This document shows positions 36,687 through 36,977 of a DNA stretch of 36,977 nucleotides, in pieces. The position numbers and the translations under genes were made by a program. This DNA comes from Candidatus Micrarchaeota archaeon (lineage in GTDB: Archaea; Micrarchaeota; Micrarchaeia; Norongarragalinales; SBBD01). Positions within the stretch are counted from its first letter, which is position 1; every line of letters starts with the position of its first letter. Under the pieces are notes generated by a model. The model made no database searches. It was not told the origin of the DNA and saw only the letters and a list, made by a program, of their open reading frames with translations. The stretch lies in contig JBBSVW010000096.1 in assembly GCA_038046605.1 (NCBI GenBank), positions 1 through 36,977 on the forward strand. Direction: 5' to 3'.

Positions 36687-36977
36687 ACCTTAAAACATAA
36701 AACCACAATCTATTTAATACTATTTAATGTATATTTGCCTCGAAAACGCCCCCTTATTTCGGTTAGATAAACAATATTTAACCAAGCGCATGGGCTATAG
36801 GTATCACTTGAACGGAACACTCAAGTGACATTTTACCTCTAGGATACCTAAAACGATATCTTTGCAACTTTCAGCTCCGGCTCTGCAAATGGCCCATATT
36901 TTACCCCCTTTCCCCGGTTGTTGTTAGGGAGAGGAAAGGATATTTTGACTTAAAGCCAATCCAAACGAATGGACTAA

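Noticed and set aside
1-36977. CRISPR array or DGR
   Set aside because: No periodic repeat-spacer array and no reverse transcriptase; tail-duplicate mismatches are synonymous rather than adenine-specific.

Overview
Archaeal chromosomal segment, probably DPANN/Micrarchaeota-like (inferred from rps19e, Rpp21, FEN1, archaeal DnaG, MBF1, TATA promoters and GGTGA ribosome-binding sites). It carries argF, argG-argH plus a stand-alone B3/4 editing domain, bacterial-type purH, guaA and glyA, nrdR with tandem NrdR boxes, and a class II (B12-dependent) ribonucleotide reductase. It also has four toxin-antitoxin-like pairs, an orphan MNT, an IS1595 remnant and a Schlafen/AlbA_2 protein. Three things stand out. 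(1) Five conserved genes (argF, purH, nrdR, an NYN gene, glyA) are each followed by a non-coding second copy of their own 3' end. The copies differ mostly at synonymous positions, and three are separated from the gene by hairpin-rich inserts, suggesting a recurrent gene-tail replacement process. (2) A putative B12-scavenging locus lies next to nrdJ: a DUF4430 lipoprotein, a membrane-anchored alpha/alpha-barrel protein (together resembling a split transcobalamin) and an ECF S-component. Tandem TTGGAT-N5-ATCCAA operators and a divergent DUF4443 wHTH gene accompany it. (3) Two unannotated 10-13 aa Lys-rich micro-ORFs with strong SD sites flank the arg operon. No tRNA, rRNA or CRISPR array was recognised. 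All family calls are from motif recognition, not database searches.
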